Origin: Vulcanimicrobiota bacterium
GTDB taxonomy: Bacteria > Vulcanimicrobiota > Vulcanimicrobiia > Vulcanimicrobiales > Vulcanimicrobiaceae
Direction of reading: 5' to 3'
DNA length: 64,000 nt
NCBI GenBank assembly: GCA_963714015.1
Contig: OY970223.1
Location: 1,120,001 to 1,184,000, forward strand
Positions within the stretch are counted from its first letter, which is position 1. Each line of letters opens with the position of its first letter. The position numbers were made by a program, and so were the translations under genes. The notes below the pieces were generated by a model. The model was given only the letters and a program-made list of their open reading frames with translations, had not been told where the DNA came from and made no database searches. This document shows, piece after piece, positions 9,610-21,404 of the stretch.

Positions 9610-10284
9610 TTGACCGCAGACGAACGACGCCTGCGGTTACTCCGCAGAACCGCCGGTCTGGCAATGCTGGCGTTCTCGTTCGTCCTCGCGGCGCTGGTTA
9701 TTCGCTATCAGCCGCTCATCGAGCACTTCATCCGGATTATCCGTCCGATCGTTGCGGTACCGATCGCAGCGGCCGTGTTTGCCGTGGTCGCTTCTGCCCC
9801 ATTTTCGGTAACCGACGCGCTGGCGATCATGAACGGCGCAATCTTCGGCCCATTCTGGGGTTCCATCGTCAACGCCGCCGGTATCCTTGCAGCCGGCGTC
9901 ATCGGGTACTGGATCAACCGCCATGCCTCGCACCTGCTGGATCTCCACGCTGCGCTCGCCAAACTGCCGGCTTGGGTGAAACGCTTCAAGCCGGGGTCCC
10001 CGATGTTCTTGGTCGCCGTACGGATCATTCCGGGGTTCGGCGGCACGGTCGCTACGGCCAGCGCCGCGGCGTTTCGCGTTCCCGTTTGGATTCACGTCTT
10101 CACGATGTCGATCGTCGCCATCCCGGTCTGCACGATCTTGGCGATATTCGGCGATCGTGCGGTCGCCGCGATTCATGGGTACGAACACCGCGCGCATATG
10201 TATATTCTGCGGCATCGTCCGCATTGGCATTTCCGGCTGCGGCGGCATTCGGCGTCGCCGCGTCCGAGCGGACCACCGACGTGA
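9610..10284 (+). CDS. VTT/DedA (TVP38/TMEM64) family membrane protein
   Basis: GAIFGPFWGS..G, VRIIPG motif, hydrophobic. Confidence 0.8.
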   Translation: MTADERRLRLLRRTAGLAMLAFSFVLAALVIRYQPLIEHFIRIIRPIVAVPIAAAVFAVVASAPFSVTDALAIMNGAIFGPFWGSIVNAAGILAAGVIGYWINRHASHLLDLHAALAKLPAWVKRFKPGSPMFLVAVRIIPGFGGTVATASAAAFRVPVWIHVFTMSIVAIPVCTILAIFGDRAVAAIHGYEHRAHMYILRHRPHWHFRLRRHSASPRPSGPPT

Positions 10285-11457
10285 TGACGACGCAGATGAT
10301 CGCGACGACGGGCGAACTTACAGCGCTGTGCGAGCGCGTTGCGTCGTCCGGTCAGGTGGGGCTCGACACCGAGTTTCATAACGAGCGCAGCTATGCCGCG
10401 CGGCTCATGGTCGTGCAGACTCGCTTTTCGCGATGGTTGCGCGATTGTCGATCCGCTCGCGGTAAGCGATCTAAGACCCCTCGCGCAAGCATTGTGCCGG
10501 ACGACGGTCGTCGGCCATGCGCTCACGAGCGATCTCAAGATCTTTGCGGACCGCTTCGGCGTCGTTCCGGAAGACGTGTTCGACTGCCAAGTCGCGGCGG
10601 CGTTTCTGGGTTACGGCATCTCAATCTCGCTCGCCGATTTGGTACGCGAACTCTGCGGCGTGCGGTTGAAGAAGTCGCAGACCGTCAGCGATTGGTCGCT
10701 GCGTCCGTTCTCCGAGAAGCAACTGGAGTATCTGGTCGACGACGTCGCTCACCTGCTCGAGATGCACGACATTCTTACAAATAGGTTGAGCGCGAATGGC
10801 CGCTTGGAATGGGCGAACGAGGAGTGCCGTGCTCTCGGCGGAGCGTCGCGCTATCAGACGGACGAGCGCCGGATGGTCGGCCGCATTCCGGGCGCGAGTC
10901 GCATGAACCGCCGGGAACTTGCGATTCTCGGCGAACTCGTGAAGCTGCGCGACCGCTTGGCGCGAGAGCGCGACCTTCCGCTCAAATACATCGTTCCGGA
11001 CGACGTTCTCGGAGGATTGGCGACTTTGCGTCCCCGACGGATGGAAGAGTTGGCACAACTGCGCCGTCTCGACGCCGGAACGCGCCGCGGATTGGGAGAA
11101 CAGCTTCTCGAAGCGATTCGCCGCGGTGAGGCGATTCCCGAAGAGGATCTGCCCCCAAAATTCGCGCGCCCGCTGGGAAATGCGCGCGAAACCATCGTTT
11201 CGCTCATGAGCGTCGTAGTCGGCGAGATTGCTCGCGAGAATGACCTGCCGGCGAGCTTGCTTGCGCCTCGCGCAATATTGGAGAAGGTGGCGCGAGAGGT
11301 ACCGCCCGAGCGCGACGCGTTCGAACGAGCACTGGACCTGTCTCCCTGGCGCAGGGGCCTTGTGGCAGAGCCTCTGTGGCGACTTTTGTCGGCCGAGAGC
11401 GCAATCCGAATCGAAGGCTACGCAACAGGCGAGCCACGAATTGTCCTAGAGTCATGA
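10284..11457 (+). CDS. rnd: ribonuclease D (apparent +1 frameshift at 10419)
   Basis: [12 protein letters not shown] in one frame; SDWSLRP, YLVDDV and HRDC region in the next frame. Confidence 0.88.
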
Positions 11458-14231
11458 CTGAGATAGTGAACTCCTTCGGGGCGGTCGATCGCATGACGGT
11501 CGCCAACCGGACCTATTCGTACGTTCGACTGGGCGCGCTCGAAGATGCCGGGATTGCGAAGCTCGAACGTCTGCCGTTCTCGTTGAAGATTCTGCTCGAG
11601 AATTTGTTGCGGTTCGAGGACAATCGTTCGGTCTCCAAAGACGATATCGAAGCGCTGGCGCGTTGGAGTCCGCACCATCACACTGCGCGAGAAATTGCGT
11701 ATCGGCCCGCGCGAGTGCTGCTGCAAGACTTCACCGGCGTTCCCTGCGTCGTCGATCTCGCCGCTATGCGGGACGCAATGGCGAAGATGGGGGGAGACCC
11801 GAACGCGATCAACCCCCAGCAGCCGGTCGAACTCGTGATCGATCACTCGGTTCAGGTCGACTCATTCGGATCGAGCGATTCATTCCAGCGCAATGCCGAT
11901 CTGGAGTTCGCGCGCAACCGCGAACGGTACGCGTTTTTGAAATGGGGACAGCACGCGCTCAAGAGCTTCCGGGCCGTGCCGCCGGACACCGGAATCGTGC
12001 ACCAAGTGAACATCGAATTCTTGTCTCGCGTGGTGTTCGGCGCCGGAGGCGCCGGATCGAATGGCGAGTCCGGCGAAGCTTGGGCGTTTCCGGATACAGT
12101 CGTCGGAACCGATTCACACACGACGATGGCCAATGGCCTCGGCGTGCTTGCCTGGGGCGTTGGTGGAATCGAAGCCGAAGCCGCGATGCTTGGCCAACCC
12201 GTCACAATGCTCATTCCGGACGTCATCGGGTTCAAAGTCACGGGGCGTCTGCGTGAAGGCGTAACCGCGACCGACCTCGTTCTAACGGTTACCGAAATGC
12301 TGCGCAAGAAGGGCGTCGTCGGAAAATTCGTCGAGTTTTACGGCCAGGGGCTCTCGACTCTCGGTGTTGCCGATCGCGTTACCATCGGCAACATGTCGCC
12401 GGAATACGGTTCCACTTGCGCGATCTTTCCGATCGACGATCAGACGTTGGAGTACCTGCGTCTTACCGGCCGCGCGCCCGATCACGTTGCGCTCGTCGAG
12501 GCGTACGCCAGACAGCAGGGGCTGTTCCGCACCGATGCTACACCGGATCCGTCGTTTACGGACACGCTGGAGCTCGATCTCGAAGGCGTCAAACCGAGTT
12601 TGGCCGGACCGCGCCGTCCGCAAGACCGGGTTTCCCTCGAAGAGGTCAAGCCCGCGTTCGAAACGGCGATGCAAGAATGGGTTGCTGCGCGCGAAGCCAA
12701 GCCCGCCAGCGCAGCGGCGCGAATGGAGAACGAAGGCGGACCGGGCGTTGCCGTCGAGTCGGCGCGCGTTTCCGACGGTTCGGTAGTCATCGCTGCGATC
12801 ACCAGTTGCACCAATACCAGCAACCCTTCCGTGCTCGTTGCGGCGGGACTGCTTGCGCGCAATGCTATTCAAAAAGGTTTGTCGCGCAAGAAATGGGTCA
12901 AGACGTCTCTTGCGCCCGGATCGAAAGTCGTCACCGACTACCTGCGCAAATCCGGCTTGCAGACGTACCTGGATCAGCTCGGCTTTAACCTCGTCGGCTA
13001 TGGATGCACGACTTGCATCGGCAACAGCGGGCCCCTTCCGCAAGAAATCGCGGAATCGATCGCAGAGCACGATTCGATCGTTGCTGCGGTGCTTTCCGGG
13101 AACCGGAACTTCGAAGGGCGCATCCATCCGCAGGTTCGCGCGAATTACTTGGCCTCGCCGCCGCTCGTCGTCGCGTACGCTCTCGCCGGGCGGATCGACA
13201 TCGACCTCACCAGCGAACCGATCGGTGAAGACCACGCGGGCAACCCGGTGCATTTGAAAGATATCTGGCCGAGCAACGCCGAGATTTCCGCCGTCATCGC
13301 CCAATCCATCAGCGACGAGATGTTCAAGGCCAACTACCGTGACGTCTTCCGGGGCGACGACAATTGGGCAAGATTAGACGTGCCGACCGGCGATCGTTAC
13401 GCTTGGGACCCCGAATCGGAGTATGTGAAAAATCCGCCGTACTTCGAGGATATGAAATCGGAGCCGGACGCCGTAGCGGATATTCACGGCGCCCGCGTGC
13501 TGGCCGTGCTCGGCGACAGCGTGACGACCGACCATATTTCCCCCGCCGGCAACATCGCCAAGGTCAGTCCGGCCGCAAAGTACCTGATGGAGCGAGGGAT
13601 TCAACCGGCCGATTTCAACTCATACGGCGCCAGACGCGGCAACCACGAAGTGATGATGCGCGGCACATTCGCTAACGTCCGGCTGCGCAACCAGCTGGTT
13701 CCGGGAGTGGAAGGCGGCTACACGCGATACCTGCCGACCGGCGAACAGATGTCCATTTTCGACGCCGCGATGAAGTACAAAGCCGGCGGCACGCCGCTGA
13801 TTGTCATCGCCGGCAAGGAATACGGGTCGGGATCGTCGCGCGACTGGGCGGCGAAAGGGCCGTACCTGCTGGGAATCCGTGCGGTGATCGCGGAGTCGTT
13901 CGAGCGCATTCACCGCAGCAATCTCATCGGCATGGGGATTCTTCCGCTGGAGTTTGAATCGGGCGCCGATCGCTCGACTTACGGACTGACCGGCGAGGAG
14001 ACGTACGAACTTACCGGTCTGGAGCGCGGCATAACCCCTGGAATGCACGTGCACGTTCGCGCGTCCGACTCCAACGGCAGGCCGATCGGTTTTCGGGCAT
14101 TATTGCGAATCGATACGCCCGACGAAGCCGAATACTACCGCCATGGCGGCATTTTGCAGTACGTTTTGCGGCAGACTGCGGCAAAAACAGACTGCCGGCG
14201 TCTAGCATCGTCGAACGATGCGGCATCATGA
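11454..14231 (+). CDS. acnA: aconitate hydratase A (true stop probably 14205 after removing the extra A at 14175)
   Basis: [49 protein letters not shown]. Confidence 0.97.
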   Translation: MTEIVNSFGAVDRMTVANRTYSYVRLGALEDAGIAKLERLPFSLKILLENLLRFEDNRSVSKDDIEALARWSPHHHTAREIAYRPARVLLQDFTGVPCVVDLAAMRDAMAKMGGDPNAINPQQPVELVIDHSVQVDSFGSSDSFQRNADLEFARNRERYAFLKWGQHALKSFRAVPPDTGIVHQVNIEFLSRVVFGAGGAGSNGESGEAWAFPDTVVGTDSHTTMANGLGVLAWGVGGIEAEAAMLGQPVTMLIPDVIGFKVTGRLREGVTATDLVLTVTEMLRKKGVVGKFVEFYGQGLSTLGVADRVTIGNMSPEYGSTCAIFPIDDQTLEYLRLTGRAPDHVALVEAYARQQGLFRTDATPDPSFTDTLELDLEGVKPSLAGPRRPQDRVSLEEVKPAFETAMQEWVAAREAKPASAAARMENEGGPGVAVESARVSDGSVVIAAITSCTNTSNPSVLVAAGLLARNAIQKGLSRKKWVKTSLAPGSKVVTDYLRKSGLQTYLDQLGFNLVGYGCTTCIGNSGPLPQEIAESIAEHDSIVAAVLSGNRNFEGRIHPQVRANYLASPPLVVAYALAGRIDIDLTSEPIGEDHAGNPVHLKDIWPSNAEISAVIAQSISDEMFKANYRDVFRGDDNWARLDVPTGDRYAWDPESEYVKNPPYFEDMKSEPDAVADIHGARVLAVLGDSVTTDHISPAGNIAKVSPAAKYLMERGIQPADFNSYGARRGNHEVMMRGTFANVRLRNQLVPGVEGGYTRYLPTGEQMSIFDAAMKYKAGGTPLIVIAGKEYGSGSSRDWAAKGPYLLGIRAVIAESFERIHRSNLIGMGILPLEFESGADRSTYGLTGEETYELTGLERGITPGMHVHVRASDSNGRPIGFRALLRIDTPDEAEYYRHGGILQYVLRQTAAKTDCRRLASSNDAAS

Positions 14232-14860
14232 CGAGCCGGAAGAGCGCTTTATCCGTCGGCTCGAGGCGTTCTGCGACGTCGTTATCGGGTTTAGCCTGGC
14301 CCAGCTCGGGCTGAACCTGACTATTCCCAAGAGCGGTGCGGGAGCTCATTACGAGTCCGCTATGGTTCTTCGGCTATCTCTTTGCCTTCTCAATCGTTTG
14401 CAGTATGTGGTTCTTCCATCATCGTCTCTTCTCGCAATTCTTCGTTCCCAAAACTTGGCCGATTCTTTTGAATTTTGCATGGCTCGGTCTCTTGGTATTG
14501 CTCGTATATTTCACGCTGTTGTACGTGAATCCCAAACTGGCGGGCGATCCGGTCATCATGCGTCTCTATTTCGGCGGTTACGCCCTTGCCTACGCGATTC
14601 TCGGCGCGCAGTATCTTATAGGAATGCGGTATCTGCGTGATACGCTCGACCAGCATGCGCGGGCGCAGGGCCGCCGCGGCGCGGCATTCATGTTTCTGTG
14701 GATGACGCCGTTTCTGTTTTGCTTTATCGTGGTCATAGCACTGCCGGCCAGCCCGCTCCTCGGTATGTTGATCGGGCTTGCGTTCGTCGGCGTTGGCATC
14801 GCATCGGGCGTACTCGGAAGCCGATACCGCCGTTCCGAGCGAACTTTGTCGTCGACATAA
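14218..14860 (+). CDS. TMEM175/DUF1211-like membrane protein (apparent +1 frameshift ~14335)
   Basis: [14 protein letters not shown] resembles TMEM175 RxxxFSD motif; W..HHRLF; multiple TMs. Confidence 0.75.
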
Positions 14861-14919
14861 ATTGCTTTCCCCCGGGGCCTTCGTGCGAATGACGTACAAC
14901 CACGATGAGGAGGATGGAG

Positions 14920-15480
14920 ATGGCAGAGCTCGTTTTTGCGATGAATCTATCGCTCGACGGATATGTGGCGGGCGAGGAAGGCGAGTTGGATGGAATGTTC
15001 CAGCCCAGCAACGAGCTTTTCCGTCATTTCATCGACCATGAGCGCAGTTTGGCGGCCGGTTTGTACGGCCGCCGCATATATGAAGTGATGCGCTATTGGG
15101 ACGATGACCGGCCGGAATGGGACGCGCTCGAGCACGACTTCGCAGCGGCATGGCGGGCGCATCCGAAATGGGTCGTCTCAAGCACGCTAAAGTCGGTCGG
15201 CGCCAATGCCACGCTTATCGATAGCGACGTTGAAGCATTCGTGCGAGGCTTGAAAGAGAAAGTCGACGGCCGGATCGCCGTCGCCGGCCCCCAGCTTGCA
15301 GGCAGCCTCACCGAACGCGGCCTAATCGACGAGTATCACCTTTACTTCCGCCCGTTCGTGCTTGGCCGCGGAAAGCCGTACTTCGCCGGTGCTCGGCCGC
15401 CGCTCCGGATCGTTGCCCTCGATCAAATCAGCGAAGACGCGGCCCGGCTCGTATTAGCCGACGCTCGCAGCCCAGATTAG
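14920..15480 (+). CDS. dihydrofolate reductase/RibD C-terminal family protein
   Basis: MNLSLDGY, LYGRRIYE, PKWVVS, GLIDEY..PFVLGRG. Confidence 0.9.
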   Translation: MAELVFAMNLSLDGYVAGEEGELDGMFQPSNELFRHFIDHERSLAAGLYGRRIYEVMRYWDDDRPEWDALEHDFAAAWRAHPKWVVSSTLKSVGANATLIDSDVEAFVRGLKEKVDGRIAVAGPQLAGSLTERGLIDEYHLYFRPFVLGRGKPYFAGARPPLRIVALDQISEDAARLVLADARSPD

Positions 15481-16946
15481 ACCGCCTTTTGTTTGATGCA
15501 CATGATCGTGCGAGCTTCGGCGTCGAGCGGTCGAATTTCCAAGCCGTCCGGCGTAAGAATCACGTTCTGTCCGGCCTTGAGCGCTTCGCGCAGCGGCGTA
15601 TCGCCCGGAATGTCTACGTCGTTGAGCAGCGTTCCGACGAACTCGGACGTGTCGTCATTGACGGCGGCATTCTGAAAGGCCAACGTATAGCGGCCGTTTT
15701 CCATCGCATAGATCTCGACGTGTCGATCGACTGCGTCGATTGCGGCAACCAAAGCCGCCATCTGTTCGTGCGTTTGACGGCGCATGCTGATATCGCGTCC
15801 GACGGACACCCAATGTGAGAACTGACCGTCGGGTTGACGAAGCGGGCGGCCCGTATACTCGACCCAAAACGAAGATCCGTCTTTGCGGCGCATCATGATC
15901 TCTTTTTCGGTATCGCGGCCGCGCTCGATGTTCTCCGAAATCGTCTTGAGCACCACGGGATCGTTTTCGCCGGCAAACAGGATGCTGTAAGGCTGCCCCT
16001 GCAGCTCCGTCGATCGATACCCGGTCGCTCTCAAAAACGGAGCACTCGCATATTCTATGAACGGACCGCCCTTCGAAGGCGGTGTGAAATCCGTGACGAC
16101 GACGAAGTCCAACGCCTCGTTGATTGCTCGCGAGAGCAGCCGCATCGTTCGCTCTGCATCGCGCCGGGCAGTGATGTCGCGGCAAATCGTGACATAACGG
16201 CGAACGATTCCGTCCTCGTCTGCGAGCGGCTGACAATGCACTTCGGTCCAGAAGTGGCTGCCGTCTTTGCAGTAGATCGGTAAATCGAATTGGCGCGCGA
16301 TGTTCTTGCGGATGTCGCGAAGGACGGAACGGAGCATCGTCATGTCGGTCTGCGGGCCGAATACCAGCGGCGAGGTCCGTTCGAAGATCTCCTCGCGCGT
16401 AAATCCGGTGCGCGCGATCGTGTGATCGTTTACATACACGTGCCGGCCGGGCCAATCGGTGGTGGAGTCGATCTCGTGAATAGAAATGCAATCGCCGGCT
16501 CTATCGATCGCGCGCCGCAGGAGCCGCGACTGGCGGGCGGACTCGAAGAGCTCCTGAGCAACTTCGGCTAGGTCCCGCAGCCCGGCAATCTGTTCCGGCG
16601 AAATCGTTCGCGGCTTCGTGTCCATAACCGCCATCGTTCCGAGAATCGCGCCGTCACGCGAACGCAACGGAACGCCCGCGAAGAATCGAATGTGCGGCGG
16701 TCCCGTGACGACGGGGCTGTCGCTGTATCGCTCGTCCGCCGCGGCATCTTCGACTACCAGGAACGAAGGGGCGGCCAGAACGTCCGGAAGAAACGCGCAG
16801 CAAGAGAGCGGTATCTCGTTGCCGAGTGATTGAGCCCCAACGTGCGCTTCGACGATCGCAGCCTCGCCCTTCATAACCGCCAGCCCGGCTATCGGGGCAT
16901 CGCAAAGGGCGGCAGCGCGACGAACGAGCGCAGCATAGGATTTCAC
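15477..16946 (-). CDS. GAF-PAS-PAS sensor protein without recognisable output domain
   Basis: GAF (IRFFAGVPL..GTMAVMDTKPR), two PAS/PAC (KDGSHFW..RDIT; RKDGSSFW..RDIS). Confidence 0.85.
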   Translation of the reverse strand: MKSYAALVRRAAALCDAPIAGLAVMKGEAAIVEAHVGAQSLGNEIPLSCCAFLPDVLAAPSFLVVEDAAADERYSDSPVVTGPPHIRFFAGVPLRSRDGAILGTMAVMDTKPRTISPEQIAGLRDLAEVAQELFESARQSRLLRRAIDRAGDCISIHEIDSTTDWPGRHVYVNDHTIARTGFTREEIFERTSPLVFGPQTDMTMLRSVLRDIRKNIARQFDLPIYCKDGSHFWTEVHCQPLADEDGIVRRYVTICRDITARRDAERTMRLLSRAINEALDFVVVTDFTPPSKGGPFIEYASAPFLRATGYRSTELQGQPYSILFAGENDPVVLKTISENIERGRDTEKEIMMRRKDGSSFWVEYTGRPLRQPDGQFSHWVSVGRDISMRRQTHEQMAALVAAIDAVDRHVEIYAMENGRYTLAFQNAAVNDDTSEFVGTLLNDVDIPGDTPLREALKAGQNVILTPDGLEIRPLDAEARTIMCIKQKAV

Positions 16947-16997
16947 CTCGTAAGTATCGCACGGCCGCCCCGCGCGCAAACTGCCGTCCGGTAAAGT

Positions 16998-18575
16998 TTA
17001 GAGCAACGCTCTGCGCAGATCGCTTAACACGCTGCTTAACAAAGTGATAAACCGTGCCGCGGCGGCGCCGTCGATTACGCGATGGTCGTACGAAAGTGAG
17101 AGCGGCTGCATGAGTCGCGGCACGAATGCGGTTCCGTTCCATACGGGCCGCATTGCTGCGCGGCAAGCGCCGAGGATGGCGACTTCCGGCGCGTTGATGA
17201 TGGGAGTGAAGTACGTCCCGCCGATGCTGCCCAAGCTGGAAATCGTAAAAGTTCCGCCCTGCATGTCTGCGGACGAAAGTTTTCCGTCGCGCGCTTTCGC
17301 CGCCAAATCCGAGGTTTCACGCGCGAGTTCGGCGATGCCCTTGCCGTCGGCGTTTTTCACTACCGGCACCACCAGCCCCGCGGGTGTGTCTGCGGCAAAA
17401 CCCACGTTGTAGTATTTCTTGACGACGAGTTCGTCGCCGTCGAGCGAGCTGTTGAATTGGGGGTAGGCTTTCAATGCGGCGACTGCAGCTTTCATCAGAA
17501 AGGCCAGCATCGTCACTTTCACGCCTGACTTTGCGAGCTCCGCGTTGAGCTGGGCGCGAAACGTCTCCAGGTCCGTGACGTCGGCATCGTCGTTCTGCGT
17601 AACGTGCGGAATCATCACCCAATTGCGGTGCAGATACGGTCCGGAAAGTTTCTGAATGCGCGTCAGCGGTTTGCGTTCGATCTGCCCGAAGCTGGCGAAG
17701 TCGACTTTCGGCCACGGTGCTAGCGCTACTCCGGCCGCGGACAATCCCGGCGTGGGCCGGTTGCGGCCGTTCTGAAGCGCGTCTTTGACGAAGCTCTGAA
17801 CGTCTTCGCGCGTAACACGTCCGTTCGGACCGCTCGGAGGCACGTCGTGCAAAGCGACGCCGAGTTCACGGGCAAACCTCCTGATGGAGGGGCTTGCGTG
17901 CACCGCGCCGTTTCCGCTCATGGCGCTCGCCGGCGCTTGTTGCGGTGCGCGTACTTCCTCAACGCGACGGGGTGCCGGCGCCGGCGATGCCGCGGCGACG
18001 GCAGCTTTTGGTCGTACCTCGGCCTCGCTCTCGAGCATTGCGATGACGGTGCCGCGGGAGACCTTGTCGCCCACCCGCACCTTCACGTCGCGCACTGTTC
18101 CGGCCGCTGACGCGGGGACTTCCATCGTCGCCTTTTCGGACTCCAGGGCAATCAGCGAGGCATCCTTTGCGACTCGGTCACCGGGCTCGATCATTACCTC
18201 TATCACCGGGACGTTTTGAAAATCGCCGATGTCCGGAACTGTCAGCGGAATCAACTTCTCCGCGGCCGGCGCTTGCGGTGCGGCTTGCTGTGGTTGCTGC
18301 GCGGCTTGTTGCGTTTGCGGCGCGGCTTGTTGCGTTTGCGCAGACCGCAGCGTGAGAATTACCGAGCCTTGCGATACTTTATCACCGGCCTTGACGCTTA
18401 CGCTCTCGACGGTACCTTCGTCCGGCGAGGGAACTTCCATCGTCGCCTTTTCCGACTCGAGGGCGACGAGCGAGTCATTCTTCTTGACAAGATCGCCAGG
18501 TTTGACGAGGACTTCGATTACGGGAACGTCATGGAAGTCGCCGATGTCGGGCACGCGAATCTCCATGGTGCTCAT
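16998..18575 (-). CDS. aceF: pyruvate dehydrogenase E2 (two lipoyl domains)
   Basis: two ESEKATMEVP lipoyl motifs, HASPSIRRFARE, SYDHRVIDG. Confidence 0.96.
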   Translation of the reverse strand: MSTMEIRVPDIGDFHDVPVIEVLVKPGDLVKKNDSLVALESEKATMEVPSPDEGTVESVSVKAGDKVSQGSVILTLRSAQTQQAAPQTQQAAQQPQQAAPQAPAAEKLIPLTVPDIGDFQNVPVIEVMIEPGDRVAKDASLIALESEKATMEVPASAAGTVRDVKVRVGDKVSRGTVIAMLESEAEVRPKAAVAAASPAPAPRRVEEVRAPQQAPASAMSGNGAVHASPSIRRFARELGVALHDVPPSGPNGRVTREDVQSFVKDALQNGRNRPTPGLSAAGVALAPWPKVDFASFGQIERKPLTRIQKLSGPYLHRNWVMIPHVTQNDDADVTDLETFRAQLNAELAKSGVKVTMLAFLMKAAVAALKAYPQFNSSLDGDELVVKKYYNVGFAADTPAGLVVPVVKNADGKGIAELARETSDLAAKARDGKLSSADMQGGTFTISSLGSIGGTYFTPIINAPEVAILGACRAAMRPVWNGTAFVPRLMQPLSLSYDHRVIDGAAAARFITLLSSVLSDLRRALL

Positions 18576-21268
18576 ACGGTCACCGGATTGGGTCTCTGCG
18601 GATCGATTCCGTACTTCCGGATCGCCGAGCCGACGATCTTTCGTTCCATCGTCCCTTCGTCCGCGAGTGCTTTCAGCGCGGCAACGGTCACGTAGTGACG
18701 ATCGACCTCGAAAAATTCACGGAGTCTGCGTCGCAGATCGCTGCGGCCGAAGCCGTCCGTCCCGAGCGCGACGTAAGGACGCTTGACGTACGGCCTTATC
18801 TGATCGGCAAGCGTGCGGATGTAATCGGTTGACGCCACTACCGGTCCTTGCCGGTCCTGAAGCGATTGTTCCACGTACGAGAGACGCGGCGTCTCTTCGG
18901 GATGGAGCAGATTCCAGCGTTCGGTCTCGATGCCGTCGCGGCGCAGTTCGTTGAAACTCGTCGCGCTCCAGACGTCGGCTGCTACGCCGAAGTCGCTTTG
19001 CAAAAGGTCGGCCGCCGCTTCGACCTCGCGCAGAATGGCGCCGCAGCCGAGCAACTGCACGCGCGGCGTCTTCTTTGCAGTCTTGCCCGCGTCTCGCAGG
19101 AGGTACATTCCCCGCAGAATGCCCTCTTCGGCTCCGGAAGGCATATCGGGATGCCGGTAGTTCTCATTCAGAAGCGTGATGTAGTAGTAGACGTCTTGCT
19201 GATCCGTCAGCATGCGCCGCAATCCATCTTGAACGATCACGGCCAGTTCGTAGCTGTAGGTCGGATCGTACGAGACGCAGTTGGGAATGAACGATGCGAA
19301 AACTTGACTGTGGCCGTCTTCGTGCTGCAGGCCCTCGCCGTTGAGTGTTGTGCGGCCGGAGGTACCGCCCAGTAAAAACCCTCGAGTCCGCGAGTCCGCC
19401 GCCGCCCAAGCCAGATCGCCGACGCGTTGAAAGCCGAACATCGAATAGAAGATGTAGAATGGAATCATTGGCACGTTGTGCGTGGAGTACGAGGTTCCGG
19501 CGGCAATCCACGACGAGATTGCTCCCGCTTCGTTGATCCCTTCCTGGAGAATCTGTCCCTGTTTGTCCTCGCGGTACCACATCAGCTGCTCGGCGTCTTG
19601 CGGATGATACAGCTGCCCCACGGATGAGTAGATGCCGAGCTGACGGAACAGTCCTTCCATACCGAAGGTGCGCGATTCGTCTGCGACGATGGGAACCAAA
19701 CGCGCCCCGATCGTCTGATCTTTCATTAGATGGGAGAAGATGCGCACGAACGCCATCGTCGTCGAGAGCTCGCGATCGCCGCTGTTCTTGAGCTGCGGCT
19801 CGAACACCGAGAGTTCGGGAACGGTGAGCGACGACGATTTCATGCGGCGCGTCGGTATGTGACCGCGTCGCGTGACGAGATCGCGCAGGTACTGCATCTC
19901 CGGGCTGTTGTCGTCGGGCTTTGCGAACGGCAGTTTCTCGACCTCGCCGTCGGGAATCGGCAGGTGAAAACGATCGCGGAAGGCCCGCATCGATTCAACT
20001 TTCATCTTCTTGGCTTGATGAGCGATGTTTTGAGCCTCTCCCGATTCACCCATGCCGTAGCCTTTGATGGTCTTGGCGAGAATGACCGTCGGCTGTCCTC
20101 TGTGCTCGAATGCGGCTTTGTAGGCGGCGTAGACTTTGCGCGGATCGTGACCGCCGCGCGAGAGCGCCCAAATATCGTCGTCGCTCATATGTGCGACCAG
20201 CTCGAGCGTCTCCGGGTAACGTCCGAAGAAGTTTTCGCGCACGAACCGGCCGTCGCGGGATTTGAACGTTTGGTAATCTCCGTCGACGCACTCGTTCATC
20301 AGCTGCACCAGTTTGCCGCTGTGATCGCGTTCGAGCAGCGGGTCCCAGCCGCTTCCCCAAATCACTTTGAGCACGTTCCAGCCGGCGCCCTTGAACACGG
20401 TCTCGAGTTCCTGGATGATCTTGCCGTTGCCCCGCACGGGTCCGTCGAGGCGCTGCAGGTTGCAATTGATCACCCAGATCAAGTTGTCGACTTTTTCCCG
20501 CCCGGCGAGCGAAATCGCGCCCAGTGATTCCGGCTCGTCCATTTCACCGTCGCCGAGGAATGCCCAAACTTTACGATCTTGCGCGTCGACCACGCCGCGA
20601 TCGTGCAGATAACGCATGAAGCGCGCTTGATAGATCGACATGATCGGCCCGAGGCCCATCGATACCGTTGGAAATTGCCAGAAGTCCGGCATCAGCCACG
20701 GATGCGGATATGAAGATATTCCTTTGCCGTCGACTTCGCGGCGGAAGTTTTCGAGCTGCTGTCCGGTTATGCGGCCTTCGATGAACGCCCGCGCGTAGAT
20801 GCCAGGCGACGAATGTCCTTGCATGAAGACCAAATCGCCGCCGAACTTCTCACTCTGCGCCCGAAAAAAATGATTATACCCCACGTCGTAGAGCGTCGCC
20901 GCGGAAGCAAAGCTCGCGACGTGTCCGCCGAGTTCCGACGATTCCTTGTTCGCGCGCGCCACCATCGCCATCGCATTCCAGCGAACGTAGTGACGAATTC
21001 GCGTTTCCAAATCGTCGTTGCCCGGAAAAGGCGGCTGCTCGGATGCGGTAATCGTATTGATGTACGGCGTTGAGAGCCCGAGGGAAACGTGGGCGCCGCC
21101 GCGCTGCGCGGCCTCGACGATCGAGCCGATGAGATCTTGGGCTCGAGTGCGGCCCTCGTGCTCGAGCACGCCTTGAATGGCTTCTATCCACTCGCGAGTT
21201 TCTTCAGGATCCGCCTGCGGCGCCGGCGGGGCCACCGGCGAGGCAGCATCGCTGCTGATCGTGGTCAT
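18572..21268 (-). CDS. aceE: pyruvate dehydrogenase E1 (homodimeric)
   Basis: GHSSPGIYAR, SSYPHPWLMP, GDGEMDEPES, GRTTLNGEGLQHEDG. Confidence 0.97.
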   Translation of the reverse strand: MTTISSDAASPVAPPAPQADPEETREWIEAIQGVLEHEGRTRAQDLIGSIVEAAQRGGAHVSLGLSTPYINTITASEQPPFPGNDDLETRIRHYVRWNAMAMVARANKESSELGGHVASFASAATLYDVGYNHFFRAQSEKFGGDLVFMQGHSSPGIYARAFIEGRITGQQLENFRREVDGKGISSYPHPWLMPDFWQFPTVSMGLGPIMSIYQARFMRYLHDRGVVDAQDRKVWAFLGDGEMDEPESLGAISLAGREKVDNLIWVINCNLQRLDGPVRGNGKIIQELETVFKGAGWNVLKVIWGSGWDPLLERDHSGKLVQLMNECVDGDYQTFKSRDGRFVRENFFGRYPETLELVAHMSDDDIWALSRGGHDPRKVYAAYKAAFEHRGQPTVILAKTIKGYGMGESGEAQNIAHQAKKMKVESMRAFRDRFHLPIPDGEVEKLPFAKPDDNSPEMQYLRDLVTRRGHIPTRRMKSSSLTVPELSVFEPQLKNSGDRELSTTMAFVRIFSHLMKDQTIGARLVPIVADESRTFGMEGLFRQLGIYSSVGQLYHPQDAEQLMWYREDKQGQILQEGINEAGAISSWIAAGTSYSTHNVPMIPFYIFYSMFGFQRVGDLAWAAADSRTRGFLLGGTSGRTTLNGEGLQHEDGHSQVFASFIPNCVSYDPTYSYELAVIVQDGLRRMLTDQQDVYYYITLLNENYRHPDMPSGAEEGILRGMYLLRDAGKTAKKTPRVQLLGCGAILREVEAAADLLQSDFGVAADVWSATSFNELRRDGIETERWNLLHPEETPRLSYVEQSLQDRQGPVVASTDYIRTLADQIRPYVKRPYVALGTDGFGRSDLRRRLREFFEVDRHYVTVAALKALADEGTMERKIVGSAIRKYGIDPQRPNPVTV

Positions 21269-21404
21269 GCGGGCGCCATTCGGCGGGTCCATCCATTCCC
21301 TTCCTAATGGACCGGTCCAATTCCTGAACTGGAGCGGGCCGAAATTTGGTACGTTGCCTTACGGTGCCCTTTAAAATTCAACCCGGCCGGACGATTGCAG
21401 AGGT

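Noticed and set aside
10410..10430. Programmed ribosomal frameshift in rnd (and similar sites)
   Set aside because: No slippery sequence; the recurring AGCT context in unrelated genes points to sequencing error
15780..16460. LOV photoreceptor
   Set aside because: Neither PAS domain has the GxNCRFLQ cysteine motif
18270..18345. 21-bp repeats
   Set aside because: They encode the Q/A/P-rich inter-lipoyl linker of AceF
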